Below, piece after piece: positions 10,428-22,499 of a stretch of DNA of 64,000 bases; position 1 is the stretch's first letter; each line of letters starts with the position of its first letter. The position numbers and the translations under genes are program-made. Under the pieces are notes generated by a model. The model was given only the letters and a program-made list of their open reading frames with translations, did no database searches and was not told the origin of the DNA. Source of the DNA: Sporopachydermia quercuum (taxonomy: Eukaryota); the NCBI GenBank assembly GCA_001599295.1, contig BCGN01000004.1, positions 996,138-1,060,137 of the forward strand. The letters run 5' to 3'.

Positions 10428-11191
10428 TTTGAGTATGATCAAATAAACCTTCCAGTTGCTGTGTTTAATAGGAATATCCAACCATCTATCAGATCTTTGA
10501 ATGTCAATTGAAAGGTTCTTACATCTCAAATATTGCACTAATTCATCATCTTTTACTTATCGCTTTGGTAAGTAAGGAGCAGCCATTGAAAGCCCCATAC
10601 ATCAAAGAGCGCTACACCAGGACACCGCCTAAGCACGTGATATGCTTTTAGATAAATTATTAGATTATATAATCCAAATATGTCACCTACTACTAGGTGA
10701 CTTATGCTGCTCATCGGGAAGGGTTTTTTCTGAATATTTTAATATATGTAGTACAGATATATGAAAGCTTTTCTTCGAATGATTAAAGTTCTTCCGGTAG
10801 AGTCAAGCTGAAGACTGGATGCAGTGGTAAAAGGTGGCAATTGGGTACCAAATAGCTGTGCATGCAGAATATCAACAGGGGTTCAACAACATTGACACAT
10901 TGGCTCGATTGGGTTTTGGAGAGGAATCAATAAAGAATCAGATTAACGGTATAGAATACTTTCGCTGCTAGTTAATTCTTGATCATTGAAAACTCTGACA
11001 ATAACTTAGTAACTGACGAACAATAGAGAAGATTTGGCATACGCAATTGACATCAGATATTTGAAAGGAAGGCGTGAAAAGGAATAATCAAGCCTACCGT
11101 TATTGAATCTGAAGTCGGAATTGTTAAGACGTAGTATAAAAGACCTCTTACGTTGGTATTTATTGTTTCTATTCATAGTTATAAAATCTAA

Positions 11192-11737
11192 ATGTCTGGG
11201 ATAATAAAAGGGCCTGTGGTGCCAGAAGAAATCAGCAAAATCCGATTGAATAAAGCGTCTAATCAAAGCGGAGAGACACATGAAAGCCTTTCTTCAGATT
11301 TGGACTCGGACTCGGACTCGGACTCAGATTCTTTTATTGGACCGAAAATACCTAACGAAGGAAGTGATGATGAACTAGCTGCTCAGAAGCGATTGATAGA
11401 GCGTTCAAAAGAAGATGACAAAAAAGTGAGATCAGGAAGAGACGAGTGGATGCTTAACCCACCTAGTCAACTGACGCCAGAAGAAAGAATGGCCCGTATT
11501 GATACTACCAAGATGAGATCTCGTGCATTTCTGGGGGCTTCTAAGGGTGATATTTATAAGAAAATGAAGACAAGAATAGAAGATGAAAAGAGAGAACAGG
11601 AAGCTGAAAGCGAAGATAGACCAGTTTCTCTTCTTGATTTACACAGGAAGCAACTGGGGACCAATGCAGAACCGACTGAGCTTGAACAGAAATTTTTACA
11701 AGGTAAGAACATAAGCAACAGGTTTGGCCATGCATAG
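11192..11737 (+). CDS. DUF3752 / GPALPP1-like protein
   Basis: SD-repeat, FIGPKIP, RDEWML.PP and SLLDLH motifs, ending in RF. Confidence 0.65.
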   Translation: MSGIIKGPVVPEEISKIRLNKASNQSGETHESLSSDLDSDSDSDSDSFIGPKIPNEGSDDELAAQKRLIERSKEDDKKVRSGRDEWMLNPPSQLTPEERMARIDTTKMRSRAFLGASKGDIYKKMKTRIEDEKREQEAESEDRPVSLLDLHRKQLGTNAEPTELEQKFLQGKNISNRFGHA

Positions 11738-13713
11738 TTACCTGTTTCTGATCCTGTATCGCATCTATTGGCTTCCGAATTCTATAATCGGATACTTCAA
11801 ACTATTCTACTATGTTGCTGAACAAACTCTGAAGGTTCGCCGCATATTCCTTTTTCACCTTTTGAAAAGAAGTCGGAAATTTCCCTAGTCAGCTACAGCA
11901 GGTTTGCTTGGCTGAATTTTTGCGGGTGAACCGACTTTTATCTGTTAGTGAACAGATTTATCGGATCAAAAAGACCTGTCAATTGCACCGAAATAGGAAC
12001 AGAAGACACTAGACCTTAACGGTGTCTGATAACAGGGCAGTGCGTCCTAGAATCTGGACAAATACTGATAACAAACCACTTTCTGNTGCACATGTTCGTA
12101 TTTTCAGTCTCTCCTCGGAATAATGAAACGACGGTTATTACTTACAAAGAATGAACAGTCGAACTCGAAAATCTTGTAATGATAACCTTCTAGAATCACT
12201 TGGAACTATCGATAGATGGTAGGATCCACTTGTATATAATTAATTCCACTGCTGATTTCGTTTGTTCGGACAATCGGCAAACATTATTGCTTAACTTTTG
12301 TCAAATGTAGCTGAACCTAAAATTTTCCCAGCATCTTGTTTCGCTGTCTGAATTTCCTGTCCCCTTTAATTAGGACTTATTCATGTCAGGCAAACTCAAT
12401 AAGAATTTTACTATTAATATTCGACGCACTGCAGCTATACTGGACTAGTTTAGTACTACCCTTATCACTGGTTTTCGATCGGTTCCAGCAGTGCATTAAT
12501 TGCAATAACTCATTCTTTCTCTTTTACTTCCTAGGTATGAACTTCAGTTACCTACAGGTTTTCCAGTGCTTACAGTGACTAACGGAGACCCAAAACCTCT
12601 ATCCCATTGGACTTGTCCTGATTTTCCTCCCGTACAATGTCCATCCGTACAACTCCGACTTTCCCGACATCTTCGGACAACCCCACATCCCGTGAATCAT
12701 ATTCTCGAACACATTCATCCGTACGAAAAAGGCTTCTGTATGTTTGTTCCCGAACTTTACAATCGTTTCAGTACACATTAAAACACGTACGGAAGGGATC
12801 CCTTCCCGATACTTTCCCCGCTCGGTTCATCAAATAATCAAACTGATTGGAAAAATCTTGCTATTTTATGAGTTACCGTTAAGAGTAAGAGGCAGGATAT
12901 CACCAATTTCAAATTCTCGTATGTAGAGTGTTGCTTATAATTTATATTAATATGCGGAGTATCAAGGTCATCCTACAACATAGCATAGCGTAGAGTAGAC
13001 TTGGATTAGCCAATGTTCTAATCTATTGCTGTTCGCCCTAAACAAGGCTAAGGCTATATTGTATACCTACCAAGAGGAGCCTCACCATACTGATTTATCT
13101 ACCTAAAGTCATGTTCTCCGTTTTCTGACCACATATTACCTATAGATATATCTTTATAACTATGAATGAACTCATCATAGCTCTTTCTTCATTCATTCAT
13201 TCATTCACCATTCTACTAAATCCACAACCATACTGAGGGAATCCTCATAAAATCGCCTCGGACCAGCGAAAACTGAAAATGGCGATGATAGTCCTTCCAT
13301 TTGCGGTAAGATTTACGCACTGTACGGGTTCGAATGAACGGAACGGAAATCGTACCGGTAAGTTTCTATCCCACTTTGTCCCGAAAAATCTGAGATTAAT
13401 TCCTGGATTCTCGGGTTTTGCCCTTTTCTTTCTTCTCCTTCTAATTTCCCAGCTTTTTATATACTTTTCCATTATATTTATATACATCTTTTTTATATTG
13501 GTAATAACAAAAACAGTAGGCTTTGTTGACAGCTTTTTAAGTAAAAATAATTATAATAGGTCATTATAAACTGTGTTGATACTGTTTTTGCGTGATACAA
13601 GTTATCAAATGTATGTACTATTGGTTCTGTGTTGATACACTCACGAATAACAATTCATACTGTTAGAATCACAATCATTTTATGGTAGCTTTAAAATCTG
13701 GAAATTCATCAGA

Positions 13714-16700
13714 ATGTCTAGTCCCATTGAGCATGAAAAACCAGAAGAGATTGTCAAGGAGTCGAGCCCAATTGATGTTTCTATGGAAAAGGAAGAGACT
13801 GTGAAGGAGAAAGAAGGTGGAGGTAACGATGGCACTGTAGAAGTGAGATCTCCTGCAATTACGGAAGCAGAATTATACTTATCGTCGTCATCTTCTTCCC
13901 TTTCACCGCCACCCTCCTCATTATCATCTCCAATACTTTCATCTCCTGTGAACACAGATATCCCAGCTGACATAGGATTAGACCCAGAGTTAGATCCAGA
14001 TGAGCAATTAAAAGAAACTCCAGAAGCAGCACCAAAGGAAGAGGGAAATCAAGAAGAAGCTCAAAAAAAGGATCTAGAAAACCAAGAAAATCACGAAAAG
14101 GAATCTGACACGGAGTCTGAAAATAACGAAAAAGTTACACAAGATTCTGAGCCTTCACAGGAAGAAACAGAGAAGAAAGCAAATGACGATAATGAGGAAT
14201 CGAAAACACAGTCAAGCGAGCCTGCTGAAGTATCAGGAGAACCAGCACCAGAAAAAGAACCAGAACCTGCTCCAAGATCTATATCAAAGTTTCCAACTGC
14301 TTTTACACCAGCTAATAAAAGACCACTGATAATTGAACAGCCTGCTCAGCAACCAACACAAGAACAAGCAGAGACCACTACCACTTCTACCGCTGCCGCT
14401 ACTGCCAGTATTCCTGCTGCTACATCATCTGGTGCATCCTCATCTGTTGCATCACCGAATCCTGTTACTGTTTCAATTCAACGTCCCGTGCATGAAGATT
14501 CGCCTGGGAATAAAAGACCCCGGATATTAGTTGCCTGTGATGGATGCCGGCAAAGGAAAGTTCGCTGTGACGGATCACAGCCTACTTGCAGCCGCTGTCT
14601 TAAAAGAGGAGTAACCTGTACCTATACAAGCCGGAAAGCGGTGAGAGCATTACCAAATTCAACAGTTCATGGATTCTCAACCATTAATAACCCTCCGTCA
14701 AACGGCAAGCAAGCTCTGAAACAATCAACACCTTTATCATCATACACAGTGAACACAGTGAATACTCCAACACAGTCAATACCGGTTGTCAACAATGCTG
14801 CTACGAACGATGTAAGCTCAACATCGGCTCCTCACCTAGCCCAAATTAAACAAACTTATGTGAGAACATTACCATCTGAACCGAAAACTACGGGAGATTC
14901 TTCAAGAATTCCTTCGGCTGCTGTTTATACTCCTCCTTCTGTTGTTTACCCTGTAGCTAATACAGTGTCGACAGCTCCAAGAGGAACAACGCCAAACTCG
15001 GTCTCTTTGGCTACTATTAGAGCAACAAATGCTATGGTTAATGATAGCAGCAATGCTATTCACAACGGAGGATCGCGGGCACTCTCTTCATCAGCTCCAG
15101 CCCCAGGTGTTAGTTCGGTTCCAGTTCCTGCTACAGGTCCAATTGCTTCCACAGCTCCTTTGACTACACATCAAAGTGGCTCGACACCGGTATCAGCTGG
15201 TACAGCCATCGGAAGTGCTTACATGTCTGATTACCCATCATCACATAACGTATCAATTTTTGGTATGGCTCCCCGACCTAGCATGGAAAAACTACTATTA
15301 ATGCAACAGCTTAGAAAACTTGTAAATACTTCACCAAAGGCCGGTGTTAACTTGAAAAGAAGCGTCTATCGAATGACTCGTGGTAAAGGCTTCAATCAAA
15401 ACAAATCCTGCTGGTCATTACCACCAAGAGGTGTTGCTGATCCTTATATCAACGCATATCTCGATAACGTTCACGGGTATCTCCCTATCATCTATAAACC
15501 TAGTTTCCTTTCTGCTTACACTGATGTTTGGCTCTCATCATCATCGAGCTCTATGCCTGTTCCTCTGAACTCAACAGGATCACCATTATTAACAGCTCCT
15601 TTAAAGAAAAAGAACGAGAAAATCGAAAAAGACGAGGAAGACGACTTGTTCTATTGCATTTTGAATCTAGTACTAGCTTTAGGTGCTTTCATTTCTGAAG
15701 ATTCTGCAAATGCCATCAACAAATCCTCTCCATTTTATTTATTAGCTGCCAGATTACTTGATTTTGAATTAATGAACAAACAGAGAGCTCCTTCTCTAAT
15801 GCTAATCCAAGCATTAACTCTGGCCTCTCAATACCTGTTCATAACTAATGACAACCGAGAAGAATGCTTGACATTTATTCAAATTGCAATCAGTAAATCA
15901 ATAGCTTTAGGATTACATTTGAATTCCAATGGCTTGACACCAACCGGTAAAGCTATCATTCTATCTCATGTTGAGCAAATGTTCTCCACAATTGTATGGT
16001 GTACGGTCACTAATCTTGCAAAAATCATCTCTGGATTCTACTGTCGACCTATTTTCATTAATGAAAGTATAGATGTGTCCGTTGCTACGTTGAGCAAATT
16101 AGGATATAAGCTGGATCTTACAGGCAATGCAGCCGGTGGCCAAGCCCATGTGGTTATGAAAAGATTTGCTGATTTGATTGAGTCAGTTAATAAAGATATT
16201 AACTATCTGCAGGAGAAAGAATATTATGACAAGGATTTGGGCTATTTCTGTAAGCTCATATTGGAATATGAACCGAAATTTGCTGAATTGGAACAACTGA
16301 CCAAATCATCAGTATCTCATAATTATCAAAGGAAGAACATTCTATATATGATTCAGTCTATTAAACTGTTGATTTACAGACCTATATTTCTTTCAAAGTC
16401 TGGTCATAGAAGGAATAGAGCATTAGGAATTCCTCCGTCTTTACTGGCAGCCTGTATGAAGGTTGCAGTGAATGCTTGTATGGCCATGATTCCTGAGAAT
16501 ACCAATAAAGAGTTCAGCTTCTTAGTAATGCCTTGGCTATCAGTCTATAATAGTTATATTGGATCAATATTAATCTTAGCAACCTTTATGACATTGTCTG
16601 AACCAGAAATGTTCCGGTTATTGTCAACAGAAATTGATTTACTACAATTATCTGATGGCTGGGATGACGCTATGGTTCATATCAATAACGTGGCAACAGA

Positions 16701-17154
16701 ATTTGCAGCTGTGACAACTAAGACCAATTATAACCTTGACTCTCAATACCTTATGAAACGTGAACCTGTTGGCTGTTCAAGCTGTGGAACATTTTATGCT
16801 GCTCGTTGTTTACAGATCTTAGCATTGATTAATACTGCTATCATGACGTATGTTAATAAGCGTAAAGGTAAAGGAGCAGATTGGAATCGTGAAGATCGTG
16901 ATACTTATGATGAAATGGATGCAGACAACGAAATTGATTTTGATGAGGATAAAGAAAGAGCGAGAAACGAACCAATCTCTTCATTAAGTGCTGATTGTTT
17001 GAATGTCAGCGATTTGAAAGAAATTTTTGATCCTAAGAACTCTACTTGGAAACCTGATGCTTCATTTGACGTGTTAGCACAATTAGTTCTAGAACTCAAT
17101 TCATCATTTAATTGTGAAGGGTTCCAATTCTTCAACAACCTTTTATTCTATTAG
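13714..17154 (+). CDS. Zn(II)2Cys6 fungal transcription factor with middle homology region
   Basis: ACDGCRQRKVRCDGSQPTCSRCLKRGVTC binuclear cluster and LPPR..AD.YI.AYLDNVHGYLPIIYKPSF fungal-TF domain, after a long acidic N-terminus. Confidence 0.95.
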   Translation: MSSPIEHEKPEEIVKESSPIDVSMEKEETVKEKEGGGNDGTVEVRSPAITEAELYLSSSSSSLSPPPSSLSSPILSSPVNTDIPADIGLDPELDPDEQLKETPEAAPKEEGNQEEAQKKDLENQENHEKESDTESENNEKVTQDSEPSQEETEKKANDDNEESKTQSSEPAEVSGEPAPEKEPEPAPRSISKFPTAFTPANKRPLIIEQPAQQPTQEQAETTTTSTAAATASIPAATSSGASSSVASPNPVTVSIQRPVHEDSPGNKRPRILVACDGCRQRKVRCDGSQPTCSRCLKRGVTCTYTSRKAVRALPNSTVHGFSTINNPPSNGKQALKQSTPLSSYTVNTVNTPTQSIPVVNNAATNDVSSTSAPHLAQIKQTYVRTLPSEPKTTGDSSRIPSAAVYTPPSVVYPVANTVSTAPRGTTPNSVSLATIRATNAMVNDSSNAIHNGGSRALSSSAPAPGVSSVPVPATGPIASTAPLTTHQSGSTPVSAGTAIGSAYMSDYPSSHNVSIFGMAPRPSMEKLLLMQQLRKLVNTSPKAGVNLKRSVYRMTRGKGFNQNKSCWSLPPRGVADPYINAYLDNVHGYLPIIYKPSFLSAYTDVWLSSSSSSMPVPLNSTGSPLLTAPLKKKNEKIEKDEEDDLFYCILNLVLALGAFISEDSANAINKSSPFYLLAARLLDFELMNKQRAPSLMLIQALTLASQYLFITNDNREECLTFIQIAISKSIALGLHLNSNGLTPTGKAIILSHVEQMFSTIVWCTVTNLAKIISGFYCRPIFINESIDVSVATLSKLGYKLDLTGNAAGGQAHVVMKRFADLIESVNKDINYLQEKEYYDKDLGYFCKLILEYEPKFAELEQLTKSSVSHNYQRKNILYMIQSIKLLIYRPIFLSKSGHRRNRALGIPPSLLAACMKVAVNACMAMIPENTNKEFSFLVMPWLSVYNSYIGSILILATFMTLSEPEMFRLLSTEIDLLQLSDGWDDAMVHINNVATEFAAVTTKTNYNLDSQYLMKREPVGCSSCGTFYAARCLQILALINTAIMTYVNKRKGKGADWNREDRDTYDEMDADNEIDFDEDKERARNEPISSLSADCLNVSDLKEIFDPKNSTWKPDASFDVLAQLVLELNSSFNCEGFQFFNNLLFY

Positions 17155-17525
17155 GCCAATTATCTTCCTTTTTGCTTGATTGTGATGGGTTATGTATTAT
17201 ATATTTTATACCGTAACATCTAATTCATATGAACCTGTTACATTACTACGTTATAGACATACAATGTACGCTCAGAACACCATATTTTACTACATTTCAC
17301 TACATTTACTCGGTGCCTCAAGTAGGAATTGCTTTTATGTTTGTTATTAATTTACCTTCTAGATTATAAACTATACATAGTCAAAATTGTTCTTTGCAAA
17401 CATTAGAGAAAAAAACCCAATTAGTTTACGAGATCCATCTCATTTTTATTGTCTTCATTTTATTTTACTTATACCTTTTCTCCCATTTGAGTCAACCAAA
17501 TTGTATTCTTTATTGCTAAAGTTCA

Positions 17526-18650
17526 TTAGTCGGACTTTGGCTTTCGAGCGACAAACAGCATCATAGGAGTGAAAAGCTTCTGTCTACCACCTTCAACCAA
17601 ATTAATAGCAGCATCCTCTAAAGCTTCAGTAACCTTCACAGAACCTTTAGGAGCAAGGCCTATTTTTTCTAAAGTACCTACGGCAAGGGTGGTAACTTTT
17701 CTACCAATGCTTGAAGTTCTGAAAATAGTCCAAGCATCACCAACGGTTTGTAGGTATTTCCATTCACCACTAAGAGGATAGTACCAAGGAATTTCATCAC
17801 CGACATCAGCCATATCACGTTCATATTCAATTTTGAAACCGGCGTTTACTAAACCATCTCTAGCAACGTCAATCTTGTACATTTTTGGAATACCATCACC
17901 AACTTCAATACCGTAAGCAATCTTACGATGTTCAGGGTTGCTTTCGTCGTACTTCTCAGTCATCACCCATTCGTATACACCGAAAACTCCACCAGGCTTT
18001 AAGACTTTGTAGATCTCTTCATAAACACCTTGTAAAGATGGCGCATGAACAGTAGCTTCAATGGCATAAACAGCATCAAAAGATTCTGGCTCAAAATCCA
18101 TTTGCATGAAATCACCTTTAACAAATGATAGCTTATCATCCAAATTGTGCTTCTTAGCATAGAAATTACCCTTTTCAATTTGATAATCATTATTATTCAG
18201 ACCAACAATTGTACAACCAGTAAATCTTGAAATTTCACGGGCTGGTCCACCAACACCACAACCGACATCCAAAACCCTCATATTCTCATTAATGCCCATC
18301 TTAGCAGCCAAGTAATGTTCATGACGAGCTGTAGCTTGACGGAATGCTTCCCCCTTATAATATCTCGAGAAATGGAAAGATGAACCCCAGCCATATTCAT
18401 AGAAGTCAGTCACCAAATTGTAATAATGCTTGGTCAAAGCCGAATAATCGTCTAGTCTGCTTTGCTTATCACTATCAGCATTTTTGTCATCCCAATGCTT
18501 GAAGTATCCTTTAACTGCAACATCATTGGCATCTTTATTTTTCTTTAACAAATTAGTAATGCCAGATGATGACGCAGATTCTTTGCCGTGTAAAGCTTTG
18601 GCAAACTCCTTATCAGCTTTGAAATCCTTAGGAGCTAATTGTGAGGCCAT
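17526..18650 (-). CDS. ERG6: Sterol 24-C-methyltransferase
   Basis: [33 protein letters not shown] motif, [10 protein letters not shown] and [13 protein letters not shown]. Confidence 0.98.
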   Translation of the reverse strand: MASQLAPKDFKADKEFAKALHGKESASSSGITNLLKKNKDANDVAVKGYFKHWDDKNADSDKQSRLDDYSALTKHYYNLVTDFYEYGWGSSFHFSRYYKGEAFRQATARHEHYLAAKMGINENMRVLDVGCGVGGPAREISRFTGCTIVGLNNNDYQIEKGNFYAKKHNLDDKLSFVKGDFMQMDFEPESFDAVYAIEATVHAPSLQGVYEEIYKVLKPGGVFGVYEWVMTEKYDESNPEHRKIAYGIEVGDGIPKMYKIDVARDGLVNAGFKIEYERDMADVGDEIPWYYPLSGEWKYLQTVGDAWTIFRTSSIGRKVTTLAVGTLEKIGLAPKGSVKVTEALEDAAINLVEGGRQKLFTPMMLFVARKPKSD

Positions 18651-18968
18651 ATTCGATATTTCGTTCTCGACGCGTGAAGTGCTAAACTATTCACCTTTCT
18701 GATGACTTATAGTTTCGGTTCAACAAATTTGATATAAATTACAGGAATCTTATTCAAACTTGTTCAGTTAATGTTTCTATCGATTTATCAACGTAAAATC
18801 AATTCAACCTTTCAATTTTTTTTGATTATCACACGCGATACTTTTCAATAGGGAAAGGGAACTGCCACGTTTTATAGTGTTTATAGTGAAAAACAATAAG
18901 GTCTCGAGATTGCGTGCAGGAGTTTGAATAAAGTTGGTGTTTGTGTTCGTTCTCGGCAGGAAACGAGT

Positions 18969-19479
18969 TAAACGAGGAAATGAAGAAAGTTTCATGTGAT
19001 AATTCGTACAGNAAGACTATGGGGAACGGGCGATGGGTCAAAACGCTGGGATTGATTTAGGAAAGAGTTTGTAGGCTTATTCTTTTAGATTTTAAGCTAT
19101 AATATTATAATGCATTATTGTATTGGTTGAATAATCAGGATTGGCCGACAATTGGTATTGTTGAGATGATTGTTGATTCAACGACGTAAACGAGGAGAGA
19201 GTTGGATTGATGCGAGATACACATGAGTCTGCATCATTGTGCATGGATGAAGGGACTGGTTGATGAGAATGAAAGACTAAGATGGTCGACAGCCATCTGG
19301 AGAAAAGGTCGATAAATACGGGGGAACAAAGTAAATTTTAGTAAAAAGGATTTTGAGATGTTATGAAAAAACTGGGGTTAAAATTTGGTTTAAAGTCGGA
19401 GTTTCTGTAAGTAAAACTGTGAGTGCATTGCGATAGATTCGGGTGAACTTACTAAGATTTCACGAATTTCCATCGTATA
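18969..19479. promoter_or_regulatory. Upc2/Ecm22-type sterol response elements upstream of ERG6
   Basis: TAAACGA (= TCGTTTA) at 18969 and 19187, and TCGTATA at 19473. Confidence 0.55.
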
Positions 19480-19929
19480 CTCGTGTATTCTACAAGACTC
19501 ACGCTCTTCCTAAGTTCTTGGGTAGTTCAGGCAGTTTACAAGTAACTTTTAGTAACAATGAGTCAATGGAACTTACTTTCCTTTTTTCTTTTTCCTACTA
19601 TAACCTCTGTTGCATTCAGTATTCAGAATATATGCATCTCCAATTGGAATGGTTGGCCTTTCCTAAGAATTCCTTATAGCAAGAAAGAGCATTGAAAAAA
19701 TTCCTAATTAGTAAACTATTGCCTGATTAGCCACAGAGCCTAAGACTGATTAAGCTTACCGAGCTGAACGAAGCTAGGATCAAGCATCAAGCATGTAAAT
19801 GCAGTTGAGGCATAAAAATATTGATAGAACATCACTCAAATTGACAGGCCAGAGAAAATGATTATTTGATTATAATCTGGGCGATATTCTGTTCTTTCAC
19901 AAAGTATTTCAAATATGGTGTCAAATACC

Positions 19930-19936
19930 ACTATTA

Positions 19937-20011
<75 letters not shown>

Positions 20012-20022
20012 CTACTACTACT
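19930..20022. repeat. (ACT)n / (TAG)n trinucleotide microsatellite, about 30 units with few interruptions
   Basis: Read directly. It produces the spurious poly-Val ORF at 19836-20036. Confidence 0.97.
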
Positions 20023-20130
20023 GTACTAATAATCAATAAACTGTTTTTTATTGCAGCCCCATATTAGAACATATTATTAAATGATTATTTACTTTTGCTG
20101 AATACTAAGTAGTTCGAACAGTTTGATGAA

Positions 20131-21222
20131 TTAGTTAGGATACATATCTCTGAAAGCATCGTCGAAATTAGACAAAGTATATCTGTATCTTGGCTTACCA
20201 TCATGACAACCTTCTAATGCTTTTCCACAACCTTCCTCAGAGATAGGAATAGGATCAGNCCAAGCAACGAGGTTCTTCTCAGCAGCTAATTGCAACATAG
20301 CTTCCATTTCTTCTCTTGAACCAAGATGAGAAGAACCGTAGAAACAACCATTGGCAATGAATCTGAATGCATTAACTGTGAAACCAGCACCTTCAGGTAA
20401 ACCAACTGAAACAAACTTAGCTCCAACATTCAAGGTTGAAAGGTAGGCACCTAAATCGAAGTTATCAGTGGAGTTAGCACAGCATACGATCAAATCAAAC
20501 TTATTTCTGTATTTTTCTTCCCATCCTTTATGTTGAGTCTCAATAAAATAATCAGCNCCTAATTTCAAAGCATCTGCTTTCTTGCTATCAGTTCTGGAAA
20601 TGGCATANGTTTCAGCACCAAGAGCCTTGGACCACATGATAGCAAAATGACCTAAACCACCAATTCCAACAATTGCAACTCTTTTACCAGGACCAGCGCC
20701 GTTTCTATAAACAGGAGAATAAGTGGTAATACCGGCACAAAGTAAAGGTGCAGCTTTGATAGAGTCCAAAGATTCAGGAATCTTAAAAGCAAAATATTCA
20801 TGAACTCTGACATGGGAAGCGTATCCACCCTGACTAATAGAACCATCAGGATAAACGCCATTGTAAGTATCAATAAGTTTGGGACAATAAACTTCATTTC
20901 CAGCTTTACACACATCACATTCCAAGCAAGCCCAAACTTGAGCACCTACACCGACTCTATCACCTACAGCCATTCTAGTGACTTTGGGACCAACTTTCAA
21001 CACTTTTCCAATGATTTCATGTCCAACAATCAATGGAGCATGAATTTTGCCCCATCCTCCTGTAGCGGTGTGAACATCTGATCCACATACGCCACAGCAT
21101 TCAATTTGAATATCAATATCATTGTCTTCAAAAGGCTTAGGCTTAAATTCATAAGCCTNTGGCTTACGCCACTCTTCGGTGTCGTAGACAGCGAATCCTT
21201 TGAAAGTTTCTGGATAAACCAT
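20131..21222 (-). CDS. NADP-dependent cinnamyl-type medium-chain alcohol dehydrogenase (Adh6/Adh7-like)
   Basis: CGVCGSD.H, GHEIIG, structural Zn cysteines CLECDVC...C, APLLCAGITTYSP and GIGGLGH. First ATG is at 21222. Confidence 0.93.
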   Translation of the reverse strand: MVYPETFKGFAVYDTEEWRKPXAYEFKPKPFEDNDIDIQIECCGVCGSDVHTATGGWGKIHAPLIVGHEIIGKVLKVGPKVTRMAVGDRVGVGAQVWACLECDVCKAGNEVYCPKLIDTYNGVYPDGSISQGGYASHVRVHEYFAFKIPESLDSIKAAPLLCAGITTYSPVYRNGAGPGKRVAIVGIGGLGHFAIMWSKALGAEXYAISRTDSKKADALKLXADYFIETQHKGWEEKYRNKFDLIVCCANSTDNFDLGAYLSTLNVGAKFVSVGLPEGAGFTVNAFRFIANGCFYGSSHLGSREEMEAMLQLAAEKNLVAWXDPIPISEEGCGKALEGCHDGKPRYRYTLSNFDDAFRDMYPN

Positions 21223-22499
21223 TTTGCTCAATTGTTTATAAAATAGCTTCTCGTTATTTCAAGACAATTTCAATAAAAATAGTAGTAACAGGAGAGCTAA
21301 GTTCCACTACAGTCAAATTAGATCATATAATCAGAATAACCAGTATTCAATGGGAAGTGGTGAAAATTATTTCTCAAGTACCTTGGTCCGACTATTTATA
21401 TGGATTTTCTCAGGATATCCAATCAATACCAGCGAAAGGCTGATGAGAAGCCAAAAGACAATACAGTCAGTCTTTGCGATTAACTGCGTTAGGAGAAGCT
21501 TGATAAGATTTACTTTNAGGATTCTTATTTCGGATGTTAAGACTAGGTTCCTAGATTTAGGTTGTTTCCTTCTTAGTAAGAACTTAACTTTACTTAAACA
21601 TTTTGCTATATTTTTTTGTTTCATAGTACAATTCATTCAAGTTTATAATAGATAAAGAGCTCACAGCAGTTGTATTACTATACGAGTTATAATAGTGCTA
21701 AGTATTAGTTGCTTATGAATCTTGGTGTTTGGGCAATAAGTATGATAGCACTATCATTTATGCTTTAATTCAGAAAAATAATCCGAAATCAAAGCTTATT
21801 TCAAAGCTAAAGCTGCAAGTATCAAGTGTCCTAAACTTAATAATAACTTGATTTGTCTGAAGTAAGAGCGCCTAAGTTAAGCTGTATGCACACAGAAACG
21901 TTATTTCTCAATAAGGTAGGCGAAAGGTTTCCCGTAATCAACAGTTTGACATGAAAAGATGGATGGAATAAATAAGTAACTGACACAGGTAAAAGAATAA
22001 TACACTCACTCTACAAAGAACCGTTTGTAATTATTTAACTATTTATTTACTTGTTCAGACTGGAAATCATAATATCTCTTTTGTCTCTTTATAAGTGTTG
22101 TGGTTTATCTCGACATCAACTAGATGATCAATCATTGATGTAGATGAGACGCTGCTATCAAGAGCGACTCGATAATATATAATTCTAATATTAGTTCACT
22201 TCTCGTGGTGCATGTAGACTATTGTTTCAGTGAAGTGTCTTCTTAAGGGTACTAGACTCACTCATGGGAGCCCTAATCCTTAGTTCGAAGAGAAAAAAGG
22301 TACCGCACCAAATATTAATACGTTAATCCTTATATCAATAATAATGCACCTTCTTCAATTTTGTCTCCTAGAGCAACCAAATGACATGAAACAATAGTAG
22401 TAGCTCTTTCATATATGTCAATAAAGAGGTGTAAGATCTAAATCTAACATGTTCTTAAAGTTTGGCAAGACTCAAAATAGTACTGTAGCTAGTTCAGTC

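Noticed and set aside
10840..11065. ATG-less ~47-codon open frame plus intron-like signals (GTATAG...AACTGAC...TAG) upstream of the DUF3752 gene
   Set aside because: Weak donor, no start codon and no recognisable product. At most a 5'-UTR intron.
12535..12590. Intron-like GTATGA...TGACTAAC in non-coding DNA (considered as a telomerase-RNA-type spliceosomal cleavage site)
   Set aside because: No adjacent Sm site, no identifiable template and no YAG acceptor. It cannot be supported from sequence alone.
13571..13665. 12-bp direct repeat CTGTGTTGATAC and a GTATGT near the Zn2Cys6 start
   Set aside because: Only two copies, not CRISPR-like, and no convincing branch point for a UTR intron.
19836..20036. 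Poly-valine ORF
   Set aside because: Artefact of the (ACT)n microsatellite with a non-ATG start.
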